From: Octopus sinensis
Lineage: Eukaryota
Reading direction: 5' to 3'
Length of the DNA: 64,000 bases
Assembly: GCF_006345805.1 (NCBI RefSeq)
Contig: NC_043000.1
Span: 12,586,001 to 12,650,000 of the forward strand
Numbering within the stretch: the stretch's first letter is position 1; each line of letters starts with the position of its first letter. Shown one piece after another: positions 1 through 14,636 of the stretch. The position numbers and the translations under genes are program-made. The notes below the pieces were generated by a model. It was not told where the DNA came from. It did no database searches and worked only from the letters and a program-made list of their open reading frames with translations.

Positions 1-273
1 ACACCCTGACCACATTCCTAGCACCCCCATCACAAATAACCATCACAAACATAGACCTCTTTCTGAAGCAAATTCAAAGCCACTGTATTTAACAAATAAA
101 ACTTAACCTAATGAACCTATTATCTTCTTGTTTTTACATGAATCCACTACCTCATTATTGCCCCACTTTTTACATGAATCACTACCCCATTATCACCCAA
201 CTTTTCTTCAACGCCCCCTTGGAACTTTCCACCACCCACAAGGAGGCAATACCACCCAATTTGGGAACCACTG
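1..273. mobile_element. Right end of a hAT/Charlie-like non-autonomous element, cut by the window edge
   Basis: Ends in tttgggaaccactg (TIR CAGTGGTTCCCAA). Confidence 0.45.
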
Positions 274-438
274 TTTTATAACAATCAGAAATGTTTATTA
301 GTTTGTTTAGACTATTAGTTCTAAGTATTTATTTACATTATAGAATATCTATTTTTGGCTTAAGCAATCAATAAACAAATCACATTCATGAACATAACAA
401 CCACAGTGTGCTTTCATATATATATATATATATATATA

Positions 439-820
439 GGTACAGGCATAGCTGTGTGCTAAGAAATCTACTTTCCAACCACATGGTTCCGGTTCAGTCC
501 CACTGTGTGGGCAGGTATCTTGTACTATAGCCTTGGTCTGATCAAAGCCTTTTGAGTGGATCTGGTAGAGGAAATCGAAAGAAGCCTGTCATACATATAC
601 ATCTATATGAATGAATCTTTGTGACTGGGTATGTCACCCACCACTGCTTGATAACCAGTGTTGGTTTATTTACATCCCCATAATACAGCAGTTCAGCAAA
701 AGAAACTGACAGAATAAATACTTGGCTTTAAAAAAAAAAGTACTCAGGTCAGCTCATTTAGCTAAAAGTTCTTCCCAGCATGGTCGCAGTGTAATGACTG
801 AAAAAGTAAAAGATAAAAAG
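439..820 (+). mobile_element. tRNA-derived SINE family A (most abundant; internal TA/TG microsatellite)
   Basis: Family consensus has an A-box-like tggctgtgtgg, a B-box ggttcagtccc, body ccttgggcaagtgtcttctactatagcc... and tail gactgaaacaagtaaaag; this copy is diverged. Confidence 0.8.
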
Positions 821-974
821 TACACACACACACACACATATAATCGCAGATGTGTCTGTGTGATAAGAAGCTTGTTTCTTGAGGCGGCAAGCTGGCAGAA
901 ATGTCAGCGCACCAGGCGAAATGCTTATCGGCATTTCGTCTGCCGTTACGTTTGGAGTTCAAATCCCACCGAGG

Positions 975-1252
975 ATTCGGATACAACTTTCAGGGATGTT
1001 TGGCCTCATGACTAACACAAACTCATTAGGTTTTGGGATCGATCCAGTACCGGACAAGGATTCTGGATTATTTTTCCAGTTTTTTTTTTTACTTAATTTT
1101 TGAGAACAGTCGGGTTCATTTTTAGTATTTTTGTTTGTGAGAGCAGTCGAGTTTATTTCAGATATTCTCATTTTTAAAAATCATCTCCGCTAATCGTTGA
1201 GAGGACGTGGTCTTGCCTTGGCAGAGGTTTGCATTCACTGAGTGCTCTAGTT
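975..1252 (+). mobile_element. Helentron/DINE-1-like (HINE) non-autonomous element, 5'-truncated
   Basis: Homologous to 9148-9492; 3' ccttggcagagg, then hairpin gcattcactgagtgc, then tctagtt. Confidence 0.6.
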
Positions 1253-1540
1253 CATGTTTTGAATTAATTCTGCATTATCTTGTAGTTTAAAGATTTCAAT
1301 GAAGTGATTGTTTAATTTTAGAATGACATTGTAGGGTTAGAGTGAGAGGTCGCATCTGGTCAATTTCAACATAAAACAGATTAAATATTTTGGCCTGATA
1401 TTACTAGTTTGAATGCTAAAGGGTCAAACCTAATGACCTTATGCCTTAAGGGGGAAAACAATACACAGAAAAACCTTTCAACAGGCAAAAATTAGCTACA
1501 TATGTAGAGAAGATAGTTTTCAATTAATGTTATTCTAGCA

Positions 1541-1900
1541 ATGTGTGGTAAGAAGCTTGCTTCACAACCACATGGTTCCAGGTTCAGTCCCACTGCATGG
1601 TGCACTGGGTGTCTTTTACTATAGTCCTCAGGCTGACCAAAGCCTTGTAAGTGGATTTGGTAGACAGAAACTGAAAGCAGCCCATCATGTGTGTGTGTGT
1701 GTGTGTGTGTGCACATGCGTGTTTGTGTCTTGACAACCAGTTTTGGTGCAACTTAGCGGTTTAGCCTAAGACACCAATAGAAAAAGTACAAGGCTTAAAA
1801 AATAAGTCCTGGGGTCGATTTGTTCGATTAAAAAATACCTTTCAAGGTGGGGCTTCAGCATGGCTGCAGTCAAATGACTGGAACAAGTAAAAGATTAAAA
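1541..1900 (+). mobile_element. SINE family A
   Basis: Colinear with the family A consensus. Confidence 0.8.
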
Positions 1901-2750
1901 GAATTCCTTACAACAGCCAGCATTGAAAGAGAGGAAAGCAACTGTATGTAAATAGAGAACACATGTACAAGCTCATCACAAGAACATCAATCACACCTCA
2001 CTCCTGAATGGTGTGTGACTGACGTTGTGACGGTAACACCTATGGCATTCTAAATATTCATTATAGCTATTTTATTTTAGTAGTAGACAGCAGAATGACA
2101 CACAAACATACATGTGTGTGTGTGTGAGAGAGAGAGCGAGAGAGAGAGATGAGCTTTCCCATTTATTTCACCATATGGAGAATCCAACAGTTTAGTAGAC
2201 AAATTATGGTTCTCGCAGAACTGCACTGAACTGTTTAAACTAAACGCACAAATGATTTGATAATAGAGATTGAAGGAAAATGGTGCAGAGGGTACGACGA
2301 CTTCCTCAAATGGCACTGCTCGGGTTTTATATGACAGGAGCCTTCTCCAAGTGACGTTGCTCTAAAGAAAGCCGAGGGGGTGCCTCACTCCCCAATCGTT
2401 TTACAGCAGTCTAGCCAGACACTGGACATCAACCTGGAATTTCTAAGTCACCACATAAAACACACACACACACACACACACACTGTCGTCGTCATCGTCG
2501 TCGTCATCATCATCATCACCATCATCATCATCATTCAATGTTTACTTTTCCATACTTGCATGGTTGAGAAAGAATTTGTTGAGACAGATTTTACCACAGC
2601 TGGATGCTCTGCCTGTCACCAACCCTTACCTGTTTCTAAGCAAGGTAATATTTCCTCAGGGCCAGGAATGTTCTTCATGCAAGACTAGAAACAAACAACA
2701 TGGATTGTATGATGATGATGATGATGATGATGATGCACATTTACAAGCAT

Positions 2751-2919
2751 AGGCACCAGGTGTGGCTGTGTGGTAAGAAGCTTGCTTTCCAATTACATGG
2801 TCCCGGGTTCAGTCCCACTGCGTGGCACCTTGGTCAAGTGTCTTCTATTATAGCCTTGGGGCCGACCAAAGCCTTGTGAGTGGATTTGTAATAGGCAGGA
2901 AACTGAAAGAAGCCCATCA

Positions 2920-2956
<37 letters not shown>

Positions 2957-3206
2957 CACATGTATATATATGTGTATGTGTGTCTTTGTGTTTCTGTGTT
3001 TGCCCCCCACACCACCAAACATCACCTGACAGCTGCTGTTGGTGTGTTTATGTCTCCGTAACATAGCGGTTTGGCAAAAGAGACCGATAGAATAAGTACT
3101 AGGCTTACAAAGAATAAGTCCTGGGGTCGATACCTTCAACAAAAAACACCCTTTAAAGCGGTGCTCAAGCATGGCTGCAGTCAAATGACTGAAAGAAATA
3201 AAAGAA
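2751..3206 (+). mobile_element. SINE family A
   Basis: Full-length copy with internal (TA)n. Confidence 0.85.
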
Positions 3207-3921
3207 TCACAGCATATCTAGACAAGGTACACACAAACACTCACACCCACACACGCATGCACACACACACACACACATGCACACACACACACACACACAA
3301 ACGTACAGCAGGTTTCCATCAACCAAATCCATTCACAGGGTTTTGGTTGGTCTATACCTATAACAGAAGACATTTTTCCCCCGAGGTGCTGCACAGTGGG
3401 ACTGAACCTGAAACTCCATGGACACGAAGGGAGCTTCTTAACCACTCAGCCATTCATTACTGTCATTGGAATTGCTATTACCACTGATGCTGTTACATCA
3501 GTTGTTGTTGTTGATGTTTTTTGCTGCTATAATTGTTTTGTTTTTTTATATATATTGCCACAGTTTGTACTGCTCCAGTTAATACAAATTTTGTTGTTGC
3601 TGTTGTTGTTGTTGTAGTTGTTATAGAATTTTATGGTTATTGCTTCTAAAATATCACTGCAACGGTTGTAATAATTGTTGGTGTTGTTGTTGTTGTTGTT
3701 AGTTGTTACAGTTGATAAGCTGCTCACTGTAAACATCATTAGCCACATTCCGCCGTCTGACGGCATTAAGGAACGGAACCCCGACACAGCCTCATTGCCT
3801 CTTGGGATGCTGGCAAAGGCATCAGACTGGCTTCTTTTGATAACAACAAATCCATCTTTTGCAATAAGAACAGTCTGCTACATCACCCTTTACCCATCCG
3901 TCCACATCCTGCAACCAACTC

Positions 3922-3924
<3 letters not shown>

Positions 3925-3989
<65 letters not shown>

Positions 3990-4387
3990 TATATTATACA
4001 CAATATATATACACATACATACATACACATTACAACACCCTCATATATATATATATATACATACATATACATTACACACACATACACTCATATATTTATA
4101 TATACATACATATACATTACACACACATACACTCATATATATATATATATTACATACATATACATTACACACACACACACATATATATACATACACATTA
4201 TATATATATACACACACATACATATACATTACATATATTATACATACATATATATATATATATACATTTACATAACATATATTGTACACACACATATATC
4301 ATCATCATCGTTTAACGTCCGTTTTCCATGCTAGCATGGGTTGGACATATACATACATATATATTTACATAACACACACACACACAC

Positions 4388-4419
<32 letters not shown>

Positions 4420-4620
4420 TTATATATACATATATATATGTACATTACATATACATATATATATATATGTACATTACATATACATATATATATGTACATT
4501 ACATATACATATATATGTACATTACACACACACACACATATATATATATATATTTATACATTACATATATGTACATTTATACATTACATAAATATATACA
4601 TACAAACATACACACACCCT
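3925..4620. repeat. (TA)/(CA) compound microsatellite
   Basis: Direct reading. Similar tracts at 8640-9010, 10520-11200, 44905-45250 and 60090-60500. Confidence 0.95.
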
Positions 4621-5331
4621 CCTTGAACACTCAACCATATCCACCCTCACCAATATACATCTACCCTAACCTATCCACACACACCCCATCCTATTAATCC
4701 TCCCGCAAAGCTATCATAACTGTATCTCTCCTGCATCTTTAGCGTATCCCCCATATCGGTTGTCCCACTGGACTTAACTGCGTAATTAACAAGCCACACA
4801 TACGCATAGCAGAGTGCTTTCAGATTCAATCGGAAAATTTCAAAGCGAACAGCCAACGTGAAACTCTTTTGTTGAGTAGGTTAATGCTATGTCATGTTGT
4901 TGTTCGGTTCTTTACGTTCTGAGTTCACATCCCACTAGGGTCGACTTTGTCTTTCACTCTTACAGGGGTTGATATAATTGATGAACTGCCCTCCTATCAA
5001 AATTGCTGGCCTTGTGTCTTGTAGTAGCAGTAGTAGTATCAGCAGCAGCAATAGCCGTAGTAGTAGCAGTAGTAGTAGTAGTGGTGGTGGTGGTGGTAAT
5101 AGTAGTAGTAGTCGTCGTCGTAGTAGTAGTAGTGGTGGTGGTGGTGGTAATAGTAGTAGTAGTCGTAGTAGTAGTAGTGGTGGTGGTGGTGGTGGTGGTA
5201 ATAGTAGTCGTCGTCGTCGTCGTAATAGTTGTAGTGGTGGTGGTGGTAATAGTAGTAGTAGTTGTAAGAATAGCAGTAGTAGTAGTAGTAGTAATTTCTG
5301 GCCATATTCCTATGTCAGAAACAATTATTAC

Positions 5332-5365
<34 letters not shown>

Positions 5366-5614
5366 AGTGGCGAGCTGGCCGAATCATTACCACATCAGAA
5401 AAAATGCTTACTGGTACTTCTTTCTGAATTTATGTTCTGAGTTCAAACTCCGCCGAGCCCGACTTTGCCTTTCATCCTTTCAGGGCCAATAAAATAAGTA
5501 CCAGTGAATGTAATCAACTAGTCCCTTCTCCCAAAATTGTAATCAACTAGTCCCTTCTCCCAAAATTTCAGGCATTGTGTCTTTAGTAGAAAGGATTATT
5601 ATTATTATTATTAT

Positions 5615-6012
5615 TGAGTGAGAGAGCTTTGCATGCCATCAAAATGACACTGGGGTAAAATATATGAAGCCCAGTATACCCATTATGACTATCCGTCTGA
5701 TAAGGGTACACTAGGCACATGCATCACAACCATATGTGCGTGACATAGTGATCTCATATCAAGATAAATAGCACATGCCCTTGCAGGTGGGGCCCAGTCA
5801 GAATTTTCTTCTGGTCGAGTAACCCATCCCGCTCAAAAGGTCCCTGAATAAGGGTTGTTTAAGGATGTTGAACGAAACACCCATGTTTCCAAAGGTGAAT
5901 TATTCAAACCTCCAAAGAATCCCTCTCAACACATGGCTATGATGCTCCCCTACTACTTCTGCTTGTGATCAGAGATGCACATGTCATCAGCCACTAAGGG
6001 ACATGCTCAACT
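5615..6012. mobile_element. ~400-bp interspersed repeat flanked by (ATT)n
   Basis: Single copy here, bounded on both sides by (ATT)n; resembles a repeat I recall from octopus sequence (not verified). Confidence 0.4.
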
Positions 6013-6309
6013 GTATTATTATTATTATTATTATTATTATGTTTATTACTATTAAGGCAATAAGCTGGCTGAATCATCACCACACCGGACACATGCTTAC
6101 TGGCATTAATATGTTCTGAGTTCAAATACCACCAGAGTCGACCTTGCCTTTCATCTTTTCAGGGTCGATAAGATAAGTACCAGTTGAACACTGGGATCAA
6201 TGTAATTGACATAACCTTTCCCCCGAATTTTCTGACCTCATGCCACAATTTGAAATTATTATTATCATTACTATTGTTATTATTAACTGAAGAAGCCTGT
6301 TGTGTATAT

Positions 6310-6396
<87 letters not shown>

Positions 6397-6397
6397 T

Positions 6398-6645
6398 GTG
6401 GAGGCGCAATGGCCCAGCGGTTAGGGCAGCAGACTCGGCAGTCGTAGATCGCGGTTTCGATTCCCAGACCGGGCGTTGTGTGTGTTTATGAGCGAAAACA
6501 CCTAAAAGCTCCACGAGGCTCTTCTGTTGGCCTGCTTGCTTAGCCACCGGGGTGGCGTCGTTCGAAGGCTAAAAACAATGTGAACGCATTGTGACCAGCC
6601 ATGTGTAGCAACATCTGATGGTCTGGTCGGTCACGTGATCACGTG

Positions 6646-6646
<1 letters not shown>
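6398..6646 (+). mobile_element. SINE family B head with an alternative tail ending gtcacgtgatcacgtga
   Basis: Same tRNA-like head, different 3' body; sits in (TA)n. A truncated copy lies at 9014-9148. Confidence 0.8.
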
Positions 6647-6678
<32 letters not shown>

Positions 6679-6690
6679 AATATATATATA

Positions 6691-7025
6691 TCATCATCAT
6701 CATCATTTAACGTCTGTTTTCCATGCTAGCATGGGTTGGATGGTTCAACCGGGGTCTGGAAGCTATGGAGGCTGCACCAGGCTCTAGTCTGATTTGGCAG
6801 TGTTTCTACAGCTGGATGCCCTTCCTAACACCAACCACTCTGTGAGTGTAGTAGGTGTTTTTTTACATGCCATCGGCACAGGGGCCAGAGCAGGCTGGTA
6901 AACAGCCACGATCAGTTGGTGCTTTTACGACACGGAAACCAGTCAAGTGATGCTGGCATCTGCCACGTTTGGACGGTGCCTTTTATGTTCACCGGCACAG
7001 GTGTCTTAACTACAATTTCCATTTG
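6691..7025 (-). mobile_element. RTE LINE 3'-end fragment (short truncated copy)
   Basis: (CAT)n then ttaacgtctgttttccatgctagcatgggttgga...gatgcccttcctaac; the reverse complement matches 43140-43290. More minus copies at ~4298-4345, 29621-29795, 32119-32268, 34684-34955, 37533-37760 and 50488-50680. Confidence 0.85.
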
Positions 7026-7028
7026 AAT

Positions 7029-7065
<37 letters not shown>

Positions 7066-7068
7066 CAT

Positions 7069-7135
<67 letters not shown>

Positions 7136-7480
7136 TATACAACAGGCTTCTTCCAGTTATATATGTGTGGTGTGTGTATAAATAATATAACATACATATG
7201 TCCAAACCATGCCAGCTTGGAAGATGGATATCAAATGTTGATTATGTATGTATGTGTGTATACCCTTGTCTTGACATTATGTGATGGTTGCAAACAAGTA
7301 TCACCATCACAAAAGCAATGCTGTTTGTTTCTAGTCTGTGGAAAACACATCTGGTCATGGGAGAATATTTACCTTACCTGTTAACAGGTGAGGGCTGGCA
7401 ACTGAAAGTGCATCCAGCCATAGAAAATCTGCCTCCACAGGACTGGCCAACCCATTTGAGCATGGAAACGTTGACATTAA

Positions 7481-7695
7481 CCCTTTCGTTACCAACCCGG
7501 CCAAATCCGGCTCTGTAGTACAAATGTCTTGTTTTCATAAGTTTTGCATTAAAATATACCACCAAACCGTAGTTGCAATTTATATTCCTAACACTAGCTT
7601 AATGATAACTGAGTTATTTTACTAAATTCTTTGTTATATTTAAAATAATTGAAAGAAACACAGAGCATCTCAAAATAAATACAGTAACGAAAGGG
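7481..7695. mobile_element. piggyBac-type (TTAA) MITE
   Basis: TTAA^ccctttcgttac ... gtaacgaaaggg^TTAA; inserted into the tail of an RTE-tailed repeat. Confidence 0.85.
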
Positions 7696-9147
7696 TTAAA
7701 CAACAAGGATGATTATGTTAGAAATATTCCATCATACTACTCTCTTCTTTGGCCCAGTCTCAATTTTATATCTAATATTTAAATGTTTATCTTATATTTC
7801 AGATTTTCTCCTTCAGTAATAGCCGTGATATCCCATATGGTTTCACACAAAGCTTAAATCATAATAATCGTCATCTACAACTTAGTCTGTATTTTCGATT
7901 CAGGAATGGGTTTGGTGGTTCAATAGTTATGGCAAATTGCTTTATACATACATAGGCATGCTTACAAATCCAAGAAGAAGGAGAAGAAGAAAGAGTGAAG
8001 AAGAACAAGAACAAGAGTGAAGAACAAGAAGTGAAGAAAAAGAAGAAGTGAAGAAGAAGAAGAAGAAGAAGAACAACAACAACAACAAGAGTGAAGAAGA
8101 AAAACAGAAGAAGAAGCACAACAACAACAACAAGAGTGAAGAAGAAAGAGAAGAAGAGAAGAAGAAGAAGAAGAAGAAGAACAACAACAACAACACCAAC
8201 ACAACAATGAGAGTGAAGAAGAAGAAGAAGAAGAAGAAGAGAAGAAGAAGAAGAAAGGAAGGACAAGAAGAAAAAAGAGTGAAGAACAAGAAGCATGAAC
8301 ATGAACATGAACAAGAAGAGAATGAGGGAGTGTGTCAGTATGTCTGGGAGGAGAGTAGTTTCAATTAATGGTCATGCCACCAGGGTTATCACGGTTCATA
8401 TCCTGGCATCAAATGTATTCATGAATATGCATGCTCAGGATTTACTGTATAAATGTATGAAAATGAAAGCCGATACATGTTAAGAGTGCTTTTGGTACAG
8501 TGGTAATTAAACTGAGGCATTAACAAAGGAAATGAGAGTTCAATTCCAAACAGGTTCTTGGCTTTTCTTGTTTTATTGTCTTTCGTTTTGGCTTTGTATG
8601 TCAGAACAAAGAACGAAATATTGCATCGAAAGCAATATAAAGTCACACACACAGCACGTATGCACATGTATACACACACATGCATGCACACACACACACA
8701 TGCATGCACACACACACACACACGCATGCACACACACACACAAACACACATTGTATTTCATGTTGGCTTTGTCTGAACAAAATACTATTTAAAACAATGT
8801 TAAGTCACACACACACACACACACACATACACATATTCACATACACATGCACACACACACACATACATGCATAAATACAGATACACATGCACACACATGC
8901 ACATATACACACATTCATACACATGCACATATACACACATTCATGCACATGCATATTCACACCCATGCACACATACACACACATACACAATCATGCACAA
9001 ATACACACACACAGTGGAGGCACATGGCCCAGTGGTTAGAGCAGCAGACTCGAGATTGAGGGATCACAGGTTCAAACCTCAGACCGGGCGATGTGTGTGT
9101 TTATAAGTGCAACACCTAGGCTCCACGCGGCTCCGGCAGAAGGTAAT

Positions 9148-9492
9148 GGCGGAGGTATTGTTTTCAGTTGTGTTTGTTTGTTTGTCCATGGACAAGATAT
9201 CTCAAGAACCACAAAATGGATTAGATGAAACTTTCAGGGATGCTTGGCCTCACAATTGGCACAAACTCATTAGATTTTGGGATTAATACGGTACCAGACA
9301 TGGATTCTGGATTATTTTTCCTGTTTTTTTACTTAAGTTTTGAGAGCAGTCGGGTTCATTTTTAGTATTCTCGTTTGTAATAGGAGTTGAGTTTATTTCA
9401 GATATTCTCACTTTTAATAATCATCTCTGGCTAATCATTGAGAGGACGTTGGTCTTGCCTTCGCGGAGGTTTGCACTCTCTGAGTGCTCGTT
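9148..9492 (+). mobile_element. Helentron/DINE-1-like (HINE) element
   Basis: 5' ggcggagg, (GTTT)n microsatellite, 3' ccttcgcggagg and hairpin gcactctctgagtgc. Confidence 0.6.
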
Positions 9493-10551
9493 ATTAGTAT
9501 TATTTAAGGCAGCAAGGCAAAATTAGCAGCCAGGCAAAATACTTAGCAGTATTTTGTCTATCTTCATGTTCTGAATTCAAATTCCACCGAGGTTGACTTT
9601 GTCTTTCATACTTTAGCGGTTAATAAAATAAGTACCAGTTGAACACTGGGGAACGATGTAATCGACTCATTTCCTACCCCAAAATTTCTGCCCTTGTGGC
9701 AAAATTTGAAACCATCATTATTATTATTATTATAAAGGTGGTGAACTGGTAGACTCGTTAGTGTGTCAGGCAATCAAGCAAAGTGCTTAGTGGCATTCCA
9801 TCCATCATTACGTTCTGAGTTCAAATTCCACTGAGGCCCACTTTGCCTTTCATTCTTTGAAGGTCAATAAAATAAGTACCAGTTGAACACTGGGGTTGAT
9901 TTAATTAACTTAGTCCCTCCCCTGAAATTGCTGGCCTTGTGGCAAAATTCGAAAGCATTATTATTATTATTATATCATGAAACCGGCTAAAATTTTGATA
10001 TAATATAATAAAAAAAGAACTATCATTCTTCAAGGTGGTGCTCCAGCATGGCATCAGTCTAATTACTGAAACAAGTAAAGAATAAAAAACATAAGACAGA
10101 GGGCTACAAGCGCATATCTATTATTGGCCTGGTGTCTATGGTGCTGATAAAACTGATAATACAGAGAGAGCCTACCGTCAAATTAAACACATATAAATAT
10201 TTAACTATTACAAACTAATAACTTCTTTTATTTATCTCCAAAAGCACCTCATTTGTTTCTCAGATAATTTGGCAGTCGTTTAAGCACCAAGCAGAGAGGC
10301 ATCGTAACTACTGTCTAAAATAGCGAGGTATCACAATTCAATTTGAGGTTTATGCCAAGAATTAACACCGACAATATGAGCAATTTTTATACTAATGAGG
10401 AGGCTGAGATTTTAATAGAGATTTGGTAAAACTGTTATAGGTACTAATTTGGCATGAAACAACAACTACCATTCCTTGGGCAGGACATAAACCACCTACT
10501 CATCTCAATTCCCAGGTGCTACATAGATACACATATACATATATAAATATA

Positions 10552-10589
<38 letters not shown>

Positions 10590-10664
10590 CACAGACACAA
10601 ACATATATATATATATATATATATATACAAACACATGTATACATACATATACACAGACACAAAC

Positions 10665-10701
<37 letters not shown>

Positions 10702-10740
10702 AACACATGTATACATACATATACACAGACACAAACGCAC

Positions 10741-10777
<37 letters not shown>

Positions 10778-11129
10778 TACATGCACATACATACATATAT
10801 ACACATATGCATCACATATAGATACATACATACACATATATACATACATATATATATATATATGCATCATATATAGATACATATATATACACACACACAT
10901 ATACACAGACATATATACGCATCATATATAGATACATATATACACATCTATATATATATACAGATATATACATATACACACATAGATATACACAAAAGAC
11001 CTACATACACGTATACACACACATACAAAATACATACATACATATATATATTTATATATTTGTATACAATACATATACACACACACACACAGACATACGG
11101 ACATATATATACACACATATATGAAATAC

Positions 11130-11170
<41 letters not shown>

Positions 11171-11316
11171 TACACTACACACAAACATACATACACACAC
11201 ATATTCTTGGAATGACTGATACACATTTTTGCAATGCCAGCATATTCCGGTCTTAAAAATAAAACTACTGCATCGCAATCTTATACAAAGTCTATCTTCA
11301 GTTAAATAAATCCTTA

Positions 11317-11372
11317 CACACGCACACACACACACACACGCACACACACACGCACACACACACCGCACACAC

Positions 11373-11411
<39 letters not shown>

Positions 11412-11535
11412 CACACACGCACACACACACACACACCACACGCACACACACACACCACACACACACGCACAACACACACACACACACACACACGCAACAC
11501 ACACACACACACGCACACACACACGCACGCACACT

Positions 11536-11573
<38 letters not shown>

Positions 11574-11860
11574 CACACACACACACACACGCACACACAA
11601 CACACGCACACACACGCCACACACACGCACACACAACACACACGCACACACACCACACACACACACACCACGCACACACACACCGCACACACACACGCAC
11701 ACACACACGCACACACACACGCCACACACACACACGCAACACACACGCACACACAGACACACACACGCACACACACACCACACGCACACACACACACACA
11801 CACGCACGCACACACACACACGCACACACACACACGCACACACACACACACACACACACT

Positions 11861-11891
<31 letters not shown>

Positions 11892-11904
11892 ACACACACA
11901 CACA

Positions 11905-11957
<53 letters not shown>

Positions 11958-11970
11958 ACATGCACATACA
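11317..11970. repeat. Very long interrupted (CA)n microsatellite
   Basis: About 650 bp of CA with CG and indel interruptions. Confidence 0.97.
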
Positions 11971-12249
11971 AGGTCTGGATGGGAATTAAAAACAAATTAT
12001 CGACAGGAATAATGACAATGTGTTAAATCCGAAAGACCAGGTTCTAGTGAAGCCTTCAAAGTTCTTCAAAGAAGAACAACACTGAACAACAAGCACTAAG
12101 ATATCACACCTCAAGATGCAGGGCCTCACAAACGCGATGACAAAAGGATCAAGATGAGGTGTGAGGGAGGTGGGTGACGGAGGCGATAATGTTCACTCGG
12201 TCAACATGAAATGGTTGACACTAAACTGCAGCAACGGCAGCAGTCGATG

Positions 12250-12486
12250 GTAGTGATTATGATGGTGGTGGTGATGATAATGATAATGGTGATGGTGGTG
12301 GTGATGGTTGTGGGGGTAATGTCAACCGCAATGATGATGATGATGATGAGGATGGTGATGATGATGAGGATGGTGTTGATGGTGATGATGGTGATGGTGA
12401 TGATGATGACGGTGATGGTGATGATGGTGGTGGTGGCGGTGATGATGATGATGGTGATGATGATGATGGTGGTGATGATGGTGGTG

Positions 12487-12518
<32 letters not shown>

Positions 12519-12785
12519 GGTGGTGATGATGGTGGTGATGATGATGATGATGATGGTGATGATGGTGATGATGATGATGATGATGATGGTGATGGTGATG
12601 ATGATGATGATGGTGATGGTGGTGATGATGATGATGATGATGGTGATGGTGATGATGATGATGATGATGATGGTGATGATGGTGATGATGGGGATGGTGA
12701 TGATGTTGATGGTGGTGGTGGTGATGTTTGATGATGATGATGATGATGATGGTGATGGTGATGATGATGATGGTGATGATGGTGG

Positions 12786-12840
<55 letters not shown>

Positions 12841-12870
12841 GGTGGTGGTGATAATGATGATGATGAATGA
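12250..12870. repeat. (GAT/GGT)n trinucleotide tract
   Basis: Direct reading; source of the spurious poly-M/H/I ORFs. Confidence 0.97.
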
Positions 12871-13159
12871 AAGGTATTGTGCCTGCTGAATGGTGATGTG
12901 TGGTCCTTTATGCAATGCAAGACAGCAAAACAAAAAAAGAAAATGGTTAGGGCCGATGCTTATTTAGAGGTCATGAGATCAAATCTGGCTCGGGCATTCC
13001 ATTACGTTACTGAGCAAGGACGCTTCTCTTTACCTCGGTCACCTTAACCATGAGTGATCAATAGATTCAAATAACTTATTGATTGATTAAGGTCAAGTAA
13101 GGTCAGCGAGTGATGTAACAGTCTAAGTCTGTTATGCAGCTAAGGAATAGAGTAACGCT

Positions 13160-13825
13160 ATTGTTGATATTCTTATTGCTGTCATAGTTGTTGGTGGTGG
13201 TCATGTTGTTGTCGCTGGTGTTATTGTTGCTGTTGTTTGTTTTTTTTTTTGGTGTTGTTTGTGGTAGTATCATTTTTGTTTTACGTTGTTGTTTTCATTG
13301 CTGTCAGTGTGGCGTCATTGTTGTTGTTGTTGGTGGTGGTGGTGGTGGTGTTGTTTTTGTTGTTGGGTGTTGTTGTTGTTCTTTTTGTTGCTGTTGTTGT
13401 TGGTTGTGGTGTTGTTAATTTTGTTTTCATTGTTGTTGTTGTTTTCTTGCTATCATTGTGGTTGTTGTTGTTGATGGTGGTGGTGGTGGTGTCGTTGTTG
13501 TTAGTGGTGGTGGTGTCATTTTTGTTTTTCAGTGTTGTTGCTGTTTTTATTTCTATCATTCTGGATGTTGTTGTTGTTGGTGGTGGTGGTGGTGCTGTTG
13601 TTATTGTTGTTGGGTGTTGCAGATATTGTTATTGCTGTCATTGTACTTATTGTTGTTCTGTTTGTTGCTATTGTTGTTGGTGTCATTGTTGTTGTTGTTG
13701 GTGGTGGTGGTGATGGTGTTATCATTTTTGTTGTTGGATGTTGTTGATGTTACTGTTGTTGCTGTCATTATCACTGTTGCTGTTATTGTTGTTGTGGTGG
13801 TGCTGCTGATTGTTGTTGTTGTTGC
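13160..13825. repeat. (GTT/GGT)n low-complexity tract
   Basis: Direct reading. Other trinucleotide-rich tracts at 5020-5365, 17690-18070 and 31235-31625. Confidence 0.93.
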
Positions 13826-14636
13826 TAAGCAACAAGACGGGTAAGGGTGATTAGGTGATGGTCTAGGGCTTAGGGGTAGGAGACCCCAGACCTTGGAAAA
13901 AGAAAAAACTTTGGTCGTCTTGTTGTAGTCAAGGGCTCTTTGTTGATGCCCGACACCACTGGAAGGCGGCCCTCAAAGTCCCTGGAAATGGAGATCTCCA
14001 GGTCCAAATTCTTGAACGGCTGGTGCTGCTGATGGCGGCGGCAGTGGTGGTAGTGTTGTAATTTTTCTAGTTGGGTATTGTACATATGCCTTATGTTGCT
14101 GTCATCAATGTTGTTCTTCTTGCTTTTCTTCTTGTCGTTGGCATGTAGCCCTAATCAGCCCTCCTGGAACAGACCCATAGGGTCTAGACAGACTCACAAA
14201 TACAATGATATAATACTGACACAACCCGTGATCTACAGCACACACCAATTAGCATAAAATGTCACAAAGCATTCACAAAAACACTTCTATCGCTTATCAC
14301 CTTTCCGTCAATCTCCTCCACAGCTCAACCCTTGTTTACCAATCCCAGCCTTCACATTTGCCCACCACCACTTCTAACATTCTGTCACTCTCTTCTCACA
14401 CTCTTGTGAACTTAGCCACCCACCCACCCTTCCTGACCATCTGTCCCCTCTTCTCTCTTCTGCTCACCTTTTTGTACCTGTGCCTTGAGATTACACCTTG
14501 ACAGTTTGTCACCATCATCTTTATCTCTTTGTCTTTCTTTCCAGCTGCTCTGACCTAGCCTTACATAATGCGGTAAGACAAAGGTCCTTCCTGAGTCATA
14601 GGGCTTGTTACCTGGTTTCTCTGGCATATATATATT

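Noticed and set aside
10922-12933. Long ORFs (poly-CV, poly-M/V, poly-H/I, 200-327 aa)
   Set aside because: Translations of (CA)n and (GAT/GGT)n microsatellites that lack stop codons by composition.
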